Shown: one piece after another, positions 38,085-51,600 of the stretch
Numbering within the stretch: position 1 is the stretch's first letter
How the letters are laid out: every line of letters starts with the position of its first letter
From: Mobula hypostoma
Lineage: Eukaryota
Assembly (NCBI RefSeq): GCF_963921235.1
Contig: NC_086097.1
Coordinates: forward strand, 61,568,001 to 61,632,000
DNA: 64,000 nt
Reading direction: 5' to 3'
The notes under the pieces: model-generated
What the model saw: only the letters and a program-made list of their open reading frames with translations
What the model was told of the DNA's origin: nothing
The model's database searches: none
Translations under genes and position numbers: made by a program

Positions 38085-38405
38085 ATGTGTCAGTGGACTT
38101 GCAATTTAGAGACTTGGATTAATAAATTGTAATGATCAGTTTCAATTCCTCCATAGCGGCTGGAGAAATTAAATTCAGTTAATTAAATAATGAGGAATAA
38201 TAGGCAAATATCAATAATGGTAATCATAAAATTTACAGATTATTTTTTAAAACCCATTTGGTTCACTGTTGTCCCTTAAGGAATAAAATCTTCCATCTCT
38301 GTTCATACAATCATTAACAATGCATGACTCGAGACCCAGATGCAATATGGTTAACTTTTAATTACCTCTGAAATGAACTAACAAGACATCCAATTGTATC
38401 ATGGT
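38085..38405 (+). mobile_element. Deu-domain SINE-like repeat (SacSINE1/AmnSINE-type core)
   Basis: aaaacccatttggttcactgttgtcccttaagga...catgactcgagacccaga...tggttaacttttaattacctctgaaatg resembles the Deu core as I recall it and matches 19585-19665. Confidence 0.55.
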
Positions 38406-38412
38406 TTCATGA

Positions 38413-38781
38413 AATCCTGAAGGGATTGGACAGGCTAGATGCAGGAAGATCGTTCTCAATGTTGGGGAAGTCCAGAACGAAAGGTCACAGTTTGAGGATA
38501 AAGGGGAAGACCTTTTAGGACCGAGATTAGGAAAAATTTCTTCACACAGAGAGTGGTGAATCTGTGGAATTCTCTGCCACAGGAAACAGTTGAGGACAGT
38601 TCATTGGCTATATTTAAGAGGGAGTTAGATATGGCCCTTGTGGCTAAAGGGATCAAGGGGTATGGAGGGAAGGCTGGTACAGGGTTCTGAGTTGGATGAT
38701 CAGCCATGATCATACTGAATGGCGGTGCAGGCTCGAAGGGCCGAATGGCCTACTCCTGCACCTATTTTCTATGTTTCTATG
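38413..38781 (+). mobile_element. CR1 3' fragment, same subfamily as 13444-16120
   Basis: Near-identical to ~15753-16120, including the tttctatgtttctatg tail. Confidence 0.92.
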
Positions 38782-38799
38782 AACCCAAAATAAATATAA

Positions 38800-41700
38800 A
38801 CCCAATTCTGATGTGGATAACATACAAATGGATAAAGAGTTTGGCCAGACCAATTAACCCTTGAAAGCCATCCTCAGAACATTTATGGATTTATTTCTAA
38901 AAATGGTTGGTAGAATTGGTAGGTTTACTTTGCAAACAGCAAGACAAATACACACAGAATATTAGTAATTTAATTGTGTACTTTCAGTCATTAGCAACAC
39001 AATGAAAAGAGTCATTGATAGTGCTAACAAATGCTACTTGTTCATCAATATTTTTTTTCACTTATATGTAATGATCTTCAGATGAGTGGACCCAGCTCTG
39101 GAGCAAACTCAGAACTCAATAGTAGAAGTTAATGATAAAGATTCCTTCGGAGGAAAACACAGGGAACAATCAAACTAAGAGCTAACTGACTTATGACGTG
39201 AGCACACAAAACTCAAACCCAGGACTCAGTGATGAGCACTGGTTCAGAATTACCTTAAATGGAACATAAAACACAATAAACCTGTGTGGGTCAAAGTAAA
39301 AACTAATCACTTAAGAAGGAGGGATAAAGAAACCATACTCACATACTGAGTATCATGAAAAACAGTGACAGCTTAATGATAAAAGTCAGTCAGAAGGGCT
39401 CATGATGTTATTTTTCAGTTTGGTTACCTCAATTAGTCAACTAAAATGTCCTCATAAAGTTTGTACAGATAAAGATCAAAATAAATGGAATCTAAAGACA
39501 AGGAAAGATTAATTGTCCTTGACATCAAAAGCTGCTTTTAACGAAATCTAGCATCAAGGAGTTACTGAAAACCAAGGGGGAAACTTCACTGACTACACCT
39601 ATTTCTGAATTAGATGATGAAGCTGTGGATGTTGGTCACCCATCATCTCAGTTCATTTACAGTATGAGGTATATCTCTGGCCAGAACTCCTTCAGCTATA
39701 TCATTGACTTGCCTTCAAATTATGATCAAATGTAAGGGATTCTCATGATTATGGTGTTGTGTACAATTCAATTTGAAACCCCCCTTAACAGTAAGACCTA
39801 GACAATATGCAGCTATACACTAATAATTGGTAAGTAACATACATAGAACAATGAACAACACAGCTCAAGAACAGGCCCTTCGTCTCACAATGTTACGACA
39901 AACTAAACAGCTAAGTAATCACTTCTGGCTACACAATGTCTATATCTTTCTATTTCATGCACAAGCATCTGAATATCTAAGATGCTGTCAAATGACCCTG
40001 CTGTTATGGCCTCCACCACCACTCCTGGCAGTGCATTCCTGACACCCCCATTCTCTGTGTAAAAAAAGCTGAGCATGCACACCTCCTATGAACTTACCCC
40101 TTCTCAATTTAAATACATGATCTCAGGTATCAGACAGTTCAACGTTGGGAGAAAGATACTGGCTGTATATGCTATCTATGTCTTTCACAAACTTATAAAC
40201 TTCTATTATTTCTCTCATCATCCTCCGGGGAAAACAACCTAAATTCTTCCAACCTGTCCTTGGAGCACATGACCTGCAATCTAGGCTAGATCCTGGTAAA
40301 CCTCTTCTGCATCCTCCGCAAAGCTTCCATATCTTCCTATAATTGGATAACCAGAACTGGATGCAGTACTCCAGATGCGGCCTAAGTTTATAAATCTACA
40401 ATATAACTTCCCGACTCATAAACTCATCTCCTTTACTGATAAAGGCAAGCATGCCATGTGCCTTTATTATCACCTTATCAACCTCTGTAACCACTTTCAG
40501 GGAGCGATGAACTTGGACTCCAAGATCACTCTGCTCGTCATTACTGTTAAGAATCTTGCCATTAAAAATATACTCTCTCCATACATTTGATCTTCCAAAG
40601 TATTTAGCCAGGTTAAACTCCATTTCATCCCATATCTGCAACTGGTCTACATCCTTTGTCAGTCTTCTATGTTATCCACAATACCACCAACCATATCATC
40701 TGCAAACTTACTAACCCACCCATCCACGTTATTGTCCGGGTCATTTACATTTATCACAAACCACAGAGATCCCCGAACAGATCCCTGCAGAACACTACTA
40801 GCCGCAAACCTCCAGTCAAGAAAAGTCCCATCAACTACTACCCTCTGTCTTCTAGGTAATAAGCCCATTCTGAATCCAAATGGTCAAACAACCATAGAAC
40901 CCATGCATCTTAATCTCTCGTGAAGATCTTGTTCATGTCTTATTAAAATCCATGTAGACAATACCCACAGCTTTAACTTCATCAATCATCTATGTCATCT
41001 TGTTGAAACTCTCAGTGAAGTTATTAAAACACGACTTGCTCTGCATAAAGCCATGCTGACTATCCCTAATTAGGCCATGGTTTCCCAATTGCTCATAATT
41101 CCTATCCCTACGAATCCTCTCTAGTAACTTCCATACCATTGATGTGAGACTCACCAGTTTATAGCTTTAAGGATTGTCCCCGATTCTCTTCTTGAAAAAT
41201 TGAAAAGTATTAGCTACTCACCAGTCTACTAGGACTTCTCCTGTGGCTAACAAGGACAGGAGGATATTGGTCAAGGCCCCTGCAATCTAATCTCTTCTCT
41301 CTGTCTCAGTAACTAGAGATTAGGACTCTCAACACTAATATTCCTATCTTCCATGTTCTTCTCCTTTGAAAATACTGATGCAAAGTATTCATTTAGAATC
41401 TCACCCACATCCTCCACCTTCAACTAAGACACTTTCAAATGACCCAATTGTTTTTGCCTCCACTACCAACATTGGCAAATCATTCCAGGCACCCATCACT
41501 GACTGAGTAAAAAAAAACATAGGAAAAGTTTAGTGAGTACCATGGTCAGCAGGGGCACAATGGAACAAAGGCCCTGTTTCCATGCTGTATTACTGAATGA
41601 TTCTATGATTGTACAAAAGCACATGAGCAGTTGGGTTTCCTGCTATGAGTAAATCTTCTCATTACTCTCCTACAGCATCCTATCCTCATTAAGGTACAAG

Positions 41701-41995
41701 TAAGGAGAATGATAGAATACAGCTCCAATTACATTCAGAAACCTTGATACCATTCCAGCATAAAAACCAATCCACTTACTTACACCAAGTCCATTACCTG
41801 GAGCATTCCCACCCTCCAGTACCAGCATATTACGTACTTATACACTACACGTACATCGAGAAGAACTGCAGATACTAGCCAACACTTCTTCATCTCCCAA
41901 ACTGGCATGTTCTACAGATGGAAGAAAAAAAACAGCAGCCACGTAGGAACCAACACCATTGGGTTCTTTTTGAAATGACCCGGAGACTTGGCATG
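38800..41995 (+). mobile_element. Ancient L2/CR1-like LINE remnants (~38800-39835 and ~41615-41995)
   Basis: gtccttgacatcaaaagctgctttt (LDIK.AF-like RT motif) at ~39515. The 41620-41990 segment resembles 44790-45250. Confidence 0.45.
39838..41420 (-). mobile_element. Degraded CR1 LINE
   Basis: Tail acatagaac at ~39841. Minus ORFs 40396..40641 and 40659..40868 (VLQGSVRG, KFADDM). Confidence 0.85.
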
Positions 41996-42406
41996 AAAAT
42001 TCACTTTTTTGATTTTGGATGAAAATCCAAGCATCATTCAACTCGGCATTTTGTATATGCCATAGGTTTAAAAAGACTTGAATTTTTTATGTCCAGAAAT
42101 TTGGTTCTGGTTTATTTTTGATGTTCCAAAGTACATGGTGTAGCAGGTTCATGCAGAGTCCAGCTTGAAAAGATCATCATGTTCACCTGAAACAGAATAA
42201 CAATGGGCAATTTCATGCTGGACCCACTCTACTCCTCATATTTTCCTCTTGTAGGTTGCCTGTGATTGTACTCACTTTTTACTGTGCAAGGCTTCAAATG
42301 TCCTTCCAATCTTGCCACTGTGGTTATTCTGTACCCTCATGGTTGCAATTGTCAGATACTAAGGCCCCAGGCAAGGCCTGTTCAGTTGGCCATCTAGGAG
42401 CTTGTT

Positions 42407-44326
42407 CCATAAGACAAAAAAGACAAAGGAGCAGAAGTCAGCCATTCGGCCCATCGAGTCTGCTCCGCCATTCCATCATGAGCTGATCCATTCTCCCATT
42501 TAGTCCCACTCTCCCGCCTTCTCGCCATAACTTGCAATGCCCTGGCTACTCAGATACCTATCAATCTCTGCCTTAAATATACCCAATGACTTGACCTCCA
42601 CTGCTGCCCATGGCAACAAATTCCATAGATTCACCACCCTCTGACTGATAAAATTTCTTCGCATTTCTGTTCTGAATGGGCGCCCTTCAATCATTAAGTC
42701 ATGTCCTCTCGTACTAGACTCCCCCATCATGGGAAACAACTTTGTCACATCCACTCTGTCCATGCCTTTCAACATTCAAAATCTTTCTATGAGGTCTCCC
42801 CTTATTCTTCTAAACTCCAACAAATACAGTCCAAGAGCGGAAAAACATTCCTCATATGTTAACCCTCTCATTCCCGGAATCATTCTAGTGAATCTTCTCT
42901 GTGCCCTCTCCAATGTCAGCACATCCTTTCTTAAATAAGGAGACCAAAACTGCCCACAGGACTCCAAGTGAGGTCTCATCAGTGCCTTATAGAGCCTCAA
43001 CATCACATCCCTGCCCCTGTACTCTATTCCTCTAGAAATGAATGCCAACATTTCATTCACCTTCTTCACTACCGATTCAACATGAAGGTTAACCTTAAGG
43101 GTATCTTGTACGAGGACTCCCAAGTCCAGTTGCATCTCCAAACTTTGAATTCTTTCCCCATTTAAATAATAGTCTGCCCGTTTATTATTTCTGCCAAAGT
43201 GCATAACCATACATGTCCAACATTGTACTTCATTTGCCACTTCTCTGCCCATTCTTCCAATCTATCCAAGTCTCTCTGCAGACTCTCCGTTTCCTCAGCA
43301 CTACCGGCCCCTCCACCTACCTTCGTATTGTCAGCAAACTTAGCCACAAAGCCATCTATTCCTTAATCCAAATCATTGATGTACAATGTAAAAAGAAGCA
43401 GCCCTAACACGGACCCCTGTGGAACACCACTGGTAACCGACAGCCAACCAGAATAGGATCCCTTTATTCCCACTCTCTGTTTCCTGCCAACCAGCCAATG
43501 CTCTATCCACGTATGTAACTTTCCCGTAATTTCATGGGCTCTTATCTTGTTAAGTAGCCTCATGTGTGGCACCTTGTCAAAGGCTTTCTGAAAATCCAAA
43601 TATACAACATCCACTGCATCTCCCTTGTCTAGCCTACTGGTAATTTCCTCAAAAAATTGTAATAGGTTTGTCAGGCAGGATTTTCCTTTAAGGAATCCAT
43701 GCTGAGTTCTGCCTATCTTGTCATATGCCTCCAGGTACTCTGTAACCTCATCCTTGACAATCGACTCCAACAACTTCCCAACCACCGATGTCAAGCTAAC
43801 AGGTCTATAATTTACTCTTTGCTTCCTTGCCCCCTTCTTAAATAGCGGAGTGATATTTGCAATCTTCCAGTCCTCCGGAACCATGCCAGAATCTATCGAC
43901 TTTTGAAAGATCATCGCTAATGCCTCCGCAATCTCCACAGCTACTTCCTTCAGAACACGAGGGTGCATTCCATCTGGTGCGGGAGATTTATCTACCTTTA
44001 GACTACTCAGCTTCCCGAGTACTTTCTCTGTCGTAATTGTGACTGCGCACACTTCTCTTCCCTGCCACCCTTGAGTGGTCGGTATACTGCTGATGTCTTC
44101 CTCAGTGAAGACTGATGCAAAATACTCATTCAGTTCCTCTGCCATCTCCTTACCTCCCATTACAATTTCTCTAGCATCATTTTCTATCTGTCCTATATCT
44201 GCTCTCACCTGTCTTTTACTCTTTATATACTTGAAAAAACTTTTAGTATCCTCTTCGATATTATTTGCAAGCTTCCTTTCATAGTTAATCTTTTCCCTCT
44301 TAATGACCTTCTTGGTTTCCTTTTGT
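42407..44326 (-). mobile_element. 5'-truncated CR1, same subfamily as 864-3226
   Basis: ORFs 43363..44346, 43162..43347 (KFADNTK), 42776..43252 and 42500..42775 nearly match those at 1420-3131. ttccat occurs at both junctions. Confidence 0.95.
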
Positions 44327-44779
44327 TTCCATGAAGACCTTTTCATTGTTTCCTATGTCTCTGATGATCAAAGATATTTAGAAACATGTACATAACTAAA
44401 CATATTTTAATAATTCGATGCAAATTCCATATAAACAAATTAAATGTGGTTAATAAAAATGAGCATAAATCATAAATCATCTTTCTTACATAGTTTGTAT
44501 CTCCATTCAAATGTCTGAAGTTCTGTTAAAATGTGCTAGCTATGAAAGGTATAAAGCCGAGGTGCAGGATACCAAGCATATTTGGCCTCTTAGCTAAGTC
44601 TGTTATGGATACACTGCTGAAGTAAATACTCAGTACTGAGTTCTGTTCTAAAATTAAAGTCATGTGCACTATCATTAGACCCAAAGTGCATTTGTTACTT
44701 CTGTGCTGCAATGCACAGGTGCAGAAGTCCAAACAGTAGCTAGCTATGAGGTTCTCTGTGGACCTTCTTGACCTGTTTT

Positions 44780-45430
44780 TAGCATGATCATCGAATAATA
44801 TTCAAGCATTATCATTGCCTGATCTCTTTCCTTCAACATCCTTAGTGTCACCATAAAGCAGATGCTGAATTGACAGTGATTCAATATTGTAACATCAAGA
44901 GCAGATCAGAGACTAGGAATCTTGTGGTAATTGACTTACCTTGACCCTCCAAAACCTTTCCACTATTATATGGTTGCAAGTCAGAAGGCCAATGCAACAC
45001 TCAATACTTCTTCGATGATTGCAATTCCAACAATACTCTGGATAGAGCAGGCCACTGGGTTGGCAACTAATCAACCATTCCAAATATTTATTCTCTCTGC
45101 CACAACACACTTTCAGTATGTACCATGCACAAAATACAATGCAGTTACTCACTTAGGTAATCCTCAAACTCATGTCAACTAACTCCATGGAAGGAAAGGA
45201 GAGCAAGTGCATATGGACTCTCCAGGTCACACACCACCATGACTTGGAAGCTTATCACCATTCCTCTTTGCTGCATCCTTGAACCATCGTCCTCATTGCA
45301 CTGAAAGTGTGGAAAATATCTTCAAGGATATGCAGTGGTTGGTTTATGTGAGAGGCTGACAACCACTCCCTCAAAGGCACTAAGGGATAGGCAATTAATC
45401 CTGGCCTTGCCAATGGTACTGCTGCTTGAA
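44780..45430 (+). mobile_element. Ancient L2-like LINE 3' remnant
   Basis: aacatccttagtgtcacc (ILGVT-like). The tail aggcactaagggataggcaattaatcctggccttgcca is shared with the Deu-type pieces. Confidence 0.5.
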
Positions 45431-45840
45431 CAGTGTGGCAAATCTTTTTGTCGCACTTTTCCGATTCTGGCATTATGACTTGCAAGGACCTTATGTGAAT
45501 GTGCATGCTTCTTCAGTACCTTCTAATCAATAACCTATTTTCTGTTTCTTCAATCTTAATATTTCAAGCTCAAAGTCAACGTTGAGTTTTTTTGCCATAT
45601 ACGTAAGTGCACGTATGCACAGGTGCAATGAAAAACTTACTTGCAGCAGCACCACCGGCACATAACATCATATAAGCAACATTCACAAGAAAGACATAAA
45701 CTGCACAAATTTTTGCAAGAAAGGACACAACTTGTACAAAAATAATCTAAAAAATAAAGCGAAGTGATCAAAGTGGTCACAGTGTTGCTAAACTGGAGTG
45801 ATTGGGTTGAAGTGAATTAGCCATTCTGACGAAGCCATTC

Positions 45841-45878
45841 CAGTCCTGACGAAGTGTCTCAGCCTGAAACGTCAACTG
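45841..45878 (+). ncRNA. Minimal type I hammerhead ribozyme motif: core intact, stems degenerate
   Basis: CAGUC, CUGACGA (45846-45852), A, GUGUCUCAGCCU, GAAA (45866-45869), CGUC, then AACUG. Predicted cleavage after 45873. Stem I pairs at 4 of 5 positions. Activity of this copy is doubtful. Confidence 0.65.
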
Positions 45879-45942
45879 TACCTCTTCCTAGAGATGCTGC
45901 CCGGCCTGCTGCGTTCACCAGCAACTTTGATGTGTGTTGCTT
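45841..45942 (+). mobile_element. Penelope-like hammerhead insert (copy 5)
   Basis: Flanked by gccattc (45834-45840 and 45943-45949). Body gatgctgcccggcctgctgcgttcaccagca...tgtgtgttgctt. Confidence 0.85.
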
Positions 45943-46279
45943 GCCATTCTTGACCTGGTGTTGTGGAACATAAAATAGCCACGGTGAGGTATTCCATCTG
46001 TCTAGCTAAGGTGTGAATATATTACAGCAGAGACAACAGGTATAATATATAAACTACGAGATTACATACAAACCTTTGAACAACAGTGTAAACAGTGACA
46101 ACAGCTTGCATTTATAAAGTGCCTGAAACACTTGTCCATTGTTCAAAGATCACCTAACTGGTGTATTGTCAAACAAAGATTGACAAGATCTGAAATTGAA
46201 CACAATGACCAAAGTTTGAATAAAAAAGAACATGTGGGTTGGGGGTAAGAGTTGGAATATGATATGGGGAGTCCATGGA

Positions 46280-48620
46280 GTATACGGACTATATTTCATG
46301 AGGAGTTTGAAGAGATTTGCAAAGTCACCAAAGATGCTATCAAATTTCTACAGATGTACCATGGAGATCATTCTAACTAGTTGCATCACTGCCTGGTATG
46401 AAAAGGCTCACTGTACAGAATTGGAAACTGCTGCAGAAATTTGAAAACTCAGCCAGCTCCATCATGGGCACTATTCTCCCCAGCATCGAGAACATATTCA
46501 AAGGGCTGCATTTCTAAAAGGTTACACCCACCATTAAGCCGCCCCCATCACTCAGGACATGCCCTCAAACACTCAAAGTTTTTAGCAACAGCTTCTTCCC
46601 TTCCATTCCATCAGATTTTTGAATGAACAATGAACCAACCCATCAACACATAAAAATCTAGGTTACAAAAATAAGTAAAGCATTCAAAAAAACCCACAAG
46701 TAACAAAGTAGCATTCATGGGTTCCAGGACCATTCCAAAATCTGATGTAGGATGGGAAAAAAAACTGTTCCTAAATTGTTGTCAATGGGTCTTTAGGCTC
46801 CTGTGCCTCCTTCCTGTTATTAGTGAAGAGAAGCAGAGCGATCACGAGACCATAAGACAGAGGGGCAGATGGAGAAGATTAGGTCATTCATCCCACCAAG
46901 TTCCATCATTCCTTCTTTGTTGATTTAGTTCTCTTTCAAACTCATTCTCCTGCCTTCTTGACACATACTAATAAAGAACCTATCAATCTCAGCTTGAAAT
47001 ATGCCCAATGATTTGGCCTCGACAACTGTCTGTGGCAATGAATTCAACAGAATTCAACTCTCCTTTGGCTAAAGGGGCATCATAGCATTCAGAGGATGTG
47101 CCCTTCCATTCTAGATTCTCCCATTTATGAAATTATTCTGTACATCTCCACTCTATCCAAGCCTTTCTGTATTTCAATGTGATTACTTCCCTCCACTCCA
47201 CTGTTCTTCTAAATTCCAGCAAGTACAGGCCCAAAGCCATCAAACATTCCTTATACTTTCTTTACACTTTCATTCTCAGGATTATTCTGGTAAACCTTCT
47301 GGGACATTCTCTATTGCCAGCATATCATTCATTAGATGTGTGACATGCCTTGGAAGGTAAGGGCCTTTATTGATGGATGCTGACTTTTTGAGGTGCCACC
47401 TCTTGAAGATGGAGCTGGCTGAGTCAATAACCCTCTGCAGCCCTATGATCTGAAACTCCATACCAGACTGTGATGCCACCATTCAGGATGCTCTCCAACA
47501 CACAACTATAAACATGCATAAGAGTCTTCAGTGACTCTAACTCCAAGTTTTCAGGTGACACCTCTGTAGCAAGCTGCATCTCAACTAATGATGAGTCGGA
47601 GTTCAGGATGGTAATTTGCAACATGGTCTCAAGCGAACAATCATTTCCTCAATGTCAGCAAAACAGAAGAGCTGGTCATTAGCTACAGGAAGGGGACAGT
47701 ACATATGCTACATCTGTATCAAAGGTGCTGAGGTTGAGAGGGATGAGAGCTCCAAGTTACTAGCAGTGATCACAATGATTAGCCTGCCATTGACCAACCA
47801 TGCAGATATCATGACCAAGAAAGCTAACCAACACCTCTATTTCCTCAAGCGTGTAAAGAAATTTGACATGTCATTATCGACTTTAATCAATTTTTATCAA
47901 TACACAGTAGAGGCACCAAAAGGTGGAATTGGTGGAGACACCAATGCGCTTGAAGGGAAAATCCTACGAAAAGTTGAGTACACAGCCCAGTCCATCACAG
48001 GTAAAACCCTCCCCACCGTTGAGTGCATCTACAAGGAGTTTTGTTACAGGAAAGCAGCATCCATTATCAAGTACCCCCACCAGCCAGGCCATGCTCTCTT
48101 CAACTGCTGCTATCAGGAAGAAGGTACAGGAGCCTCAGGACCACATCTGCAAGTTCAAGAGCAGTTATTACCCCTCAACCACCTGGCTCTTAAACAACTG
48201 GGGATAACTTCACTCGCCATATCACTGAACTGTTCTCATAACCTATCGCCTCTCTTTCAGGGACTCTTCATCTTCTCAGTATTTATTGCTCATTTATTTA
48301 TTATTATTTCTCTTTTTTAATTTTGTATTTGCACAGTTTATTGTCTCTTGCTCATTGATTGTTTGTCAGTCCTGGTGGGTGCAGTCTTTCATTGTTTCAT
48401 ATGTTACTTCGGTTTACTGAGCATGCCCGCAAAAAGGAATCTCTGGGTTATATATGGTGATGTACTGTATATGTACTTTGATAATAAATTTACTTTAAAC
48501 TTAGAACTTTGTCGTAGAAAGCCTCCTATCTGGATGCATAATGGCTTGGTAAGGAAACTGCTCTGCATGTAACTGCAAGAGATTGCAGAGTTGTGGGCAC
48601 AGCTCAGTACATCACACTGT
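46280..48620. mobile_element. Cluster of Rex1-type LINE 3' fragments on both strands, with a minus CR1 3' fragment at ~46843-47340
   Basis: NFYRCTMEIILTSCITAWY (46232..46444), KKANQHLYFLKRVKKF and RKAASIIKYPHQPGHALF (47616..48320). Tail aataaatttactttaaacttagaacttt near 48500. CR1 tail ccataagac near 46850. Confidence 0.75.
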
Positions 48621-51600
48621 GGTAGACATGTTGCAACAGGAGTCATTCTGCAGCAGGTCCAGGTCCTTTCTCAGCCAAGAGTTAATTGTAGCCATAACCA
48701 ACCTCCCAAAGTTCATCGCTGTGGGTGCGAGTGCTACTGGGTGATAGTCATTAAAGCAATTAACCTCGCTCTTCTTGGTTCTTTTGCCTCTAGGAGTACT
48801 CAGTTAAAAACAACTTGCCAATGACCTTCTCTTCGGCAGATTCGAAGAAGAGCCTTCTCTAATCGCAGCAAACAAATTTTTACACTATCTTGAAAATCAG
48901 GTATCTTGAGGTATGGTGAACCTGGGGGCTCCTGGCATGTATTTCACCTCAGATATGGAAAATGAAGTTCCAATAATTTTCTCGTATAGGAATGGCAAAC
49001 AAATAGTTAGATTAGTCTCCAAGTATAATAGCCCAAAATATCAGGGAAGAATAGCCAATTTACACAGAAGATACCATTTAAAAATTAAAAAACAGGATGT
49101 GAAAAGGGATTCTTGCACAAGTTTGGATTTAATGGGTGGAAAAGAGACTTTTACAGACAATTTTTCAACTCTCAGTCAGTAGAAGAAATCAATAATTGAA
49201 AGTAATAAATCTGAATAACAGGTTGGAAGTCTTTTAAAACTGTGGGAACATTTTACCATTTCTCAACATAAAAGTTCTTTACCTCCCACAGAAGATTAAC
49301 TAAATTAGACAGAACTTACAGGGCAATGCTTAACATCGGCCTTTGGAAGGAACACTTATAATGAATGGAATAACCCTTTCATAGTTCACATTTTATCACA
49401 CATTTATTTTTTATGATGAGATTCATGCCCTAAATTCAACTAAAATTGCATTTTTAACATCAAGACCTGTTAGATGCAATGGATTATTGCTCAGACTTTT
49501 ATACAAAGGCATGGCCATAATAACTTCATGGTTCGAAACACATGGCTTTGAAGCCTGTACTTATTGGAATAAAATGTTTTTATGAGATACAGGTGGGATG
49601 CAATACAGTTATGTTTGTTCCCACATTAATATTCAATGCCCGGCTGACCAATTCAGATTGTTTTCCTCTTCTGCTCATTGCTGTGTTAACAGAGAAGTAT
49701 TATCCAAATTGAAAATCTATTGTTATAAGGATATTTTTGTTTGAGGAATGTTACTCCTTAATTCAAGTATTGGGAAAGTCAGGTTGCATGGTGGCAATGC
49801 AAAGCATGCAAATTTTCACATTGTTTTGCCTCAGCAGCTATTGATTTAACTTCTTACCTAATGGATTTTCATTGTTTTAATATTTCACTTGTTGCATTGT
49901 AATTCTGTGTTTTGGCTGCACTTGCAATTATCTAATGCAAAACTGGACAGTTCAAAATCCTTTGTGTCATATTCTCTCAACAGGAATTTCTAATCACATA
50001 TTGCTGTCATGATTAAGGTCAACACTCCTGATATTGGAAGGAATAATGGGCTAAACAGATTGAGGCTTTAAGTGCTTCACTGATTTCCTAAAGCCTACTA
50101 TCCTGGAGGTCTATGAAAATGCTGAGCCACATGCTAATAGCACAGACAGTCAGACAGTGGATGCGATGACAATATGCCCAACCAAATAGTTGCTTATTAA
50201 TGGTTTTAGTTGGCTGATGGAACATGCAGGGTAAGAGAGTACAGTCAATTGAGCTTAGGACTTTGGAGATGTCTGCAATCCTATAATTATAACCAGCAAT
50301 ACAGAAATGCATTATTTCTTTTGATGATCATGGGAAGTGTAATAAAAGCATTTTAATTGTTGGACCAATGTGGAAAAAGAATATGGGAATCACAGACTAC
50401 AAGATTGAACAAATATTACTTTATCCCATTGCATTGGTAGGATTTTGCCACTAATCCAAATAACTGATTCATACAAAATACATTTTAAGAATCCTTACTA
50501 ATATAATATGTACACCTCAATTTTCACAACTCCGAACTAATTTTTATTAAAATGATGAAAGTAAAACAGTTAGACAAATTTTATACTTAGATTTCTCTTC
50601 TTCAGAATGTTCCTTGTGTCAGCCTACGTGATCATGCTATCTATAGATCCTCAATATGAAATTCACTTCTTGTTCTTTGTCCTAAGGGAGACACACAAAT
50701 ATAATTTATTTTCAGTTTGTCAAGTTTTGATGAGTTGCTATGTCTTGACATGAATGTGATCATTCAGTCTGTCTCACTCTATTTGTAACAGCATCATTTT
50801 TCATACTTATCTTGAAATCCCACACACTGCATTGTAACCTCCTAATCTATTGGTGTTCTGTCAATAATATTTTGTGAATGTTATATGGATAATGAAACTC
50901 AGTTTTTCCATGTGAAGTAATTAACTCTTAGAATGAATTACATTATGATAACACATTTTGGGTGGTGCAGAGAGGGTGGGCAACAATTCTGAGATAATTC
51001 ATGCTGTATATTGATCAGGACAGAAGCTATTGGGAATTGCTGGCAGTTTCACAGAGAACTACCTACATTTTAACCCCTCCCCAAATAGATTATTAAAATT
51101 GGGATTCCTAGAGAAAAATAGAAGCATTATGCCAATATTGCAGCTGCCTTCCAGTGTTAAATTCCATATGGAATCCAAAAGCAGTTCAAGTTCCTAAGAT
51201 GTTGTCCTACAAAACCTGGCACGGGTAAAGCGAACCTGTTCCTCTGAATAAGAAGAGGCAGCTGAGATGGAGAAGAGGGAATATGTGATGTAATTTCTAT
51301 TTACGTTTCATTAAGTAAGTTTGATTTAATGTCTTTACTTGTCATGAGCTTTAGTTTTAAGAAGGCTGGATTGCCAAATGGAGTTCATAATATAGCTGAA
51401 TGCTTCAGAGCTTAGGGGAGCATTCAAGACCCTCAATCACTGACATTTTTTAGACAGTTTGTGGGTGGTTTGAAATGACTGAGAAGGAATGAGAAGCAAA
51501 ACTATGTAAAAAAGAGTGAAAGACAGGAGGAGAATGGAGCTAACTACAGGCATCTGTTGTGGGTCACCAGGTCAGGGAAAGGAATTGGATTTACATAATC

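Noticed and set aside
42241..42406. ttttcctcttgtag as a host splice acceptor and exon
   Set aside because: No convincing donor or recognisable protein; could be chance. RNA-seq would be needed.
47616..48320. 234-aa ORF with a hydrophobic tail
   Set aside because: Joined Rex1 3' fragments plus AT-rich UTR.
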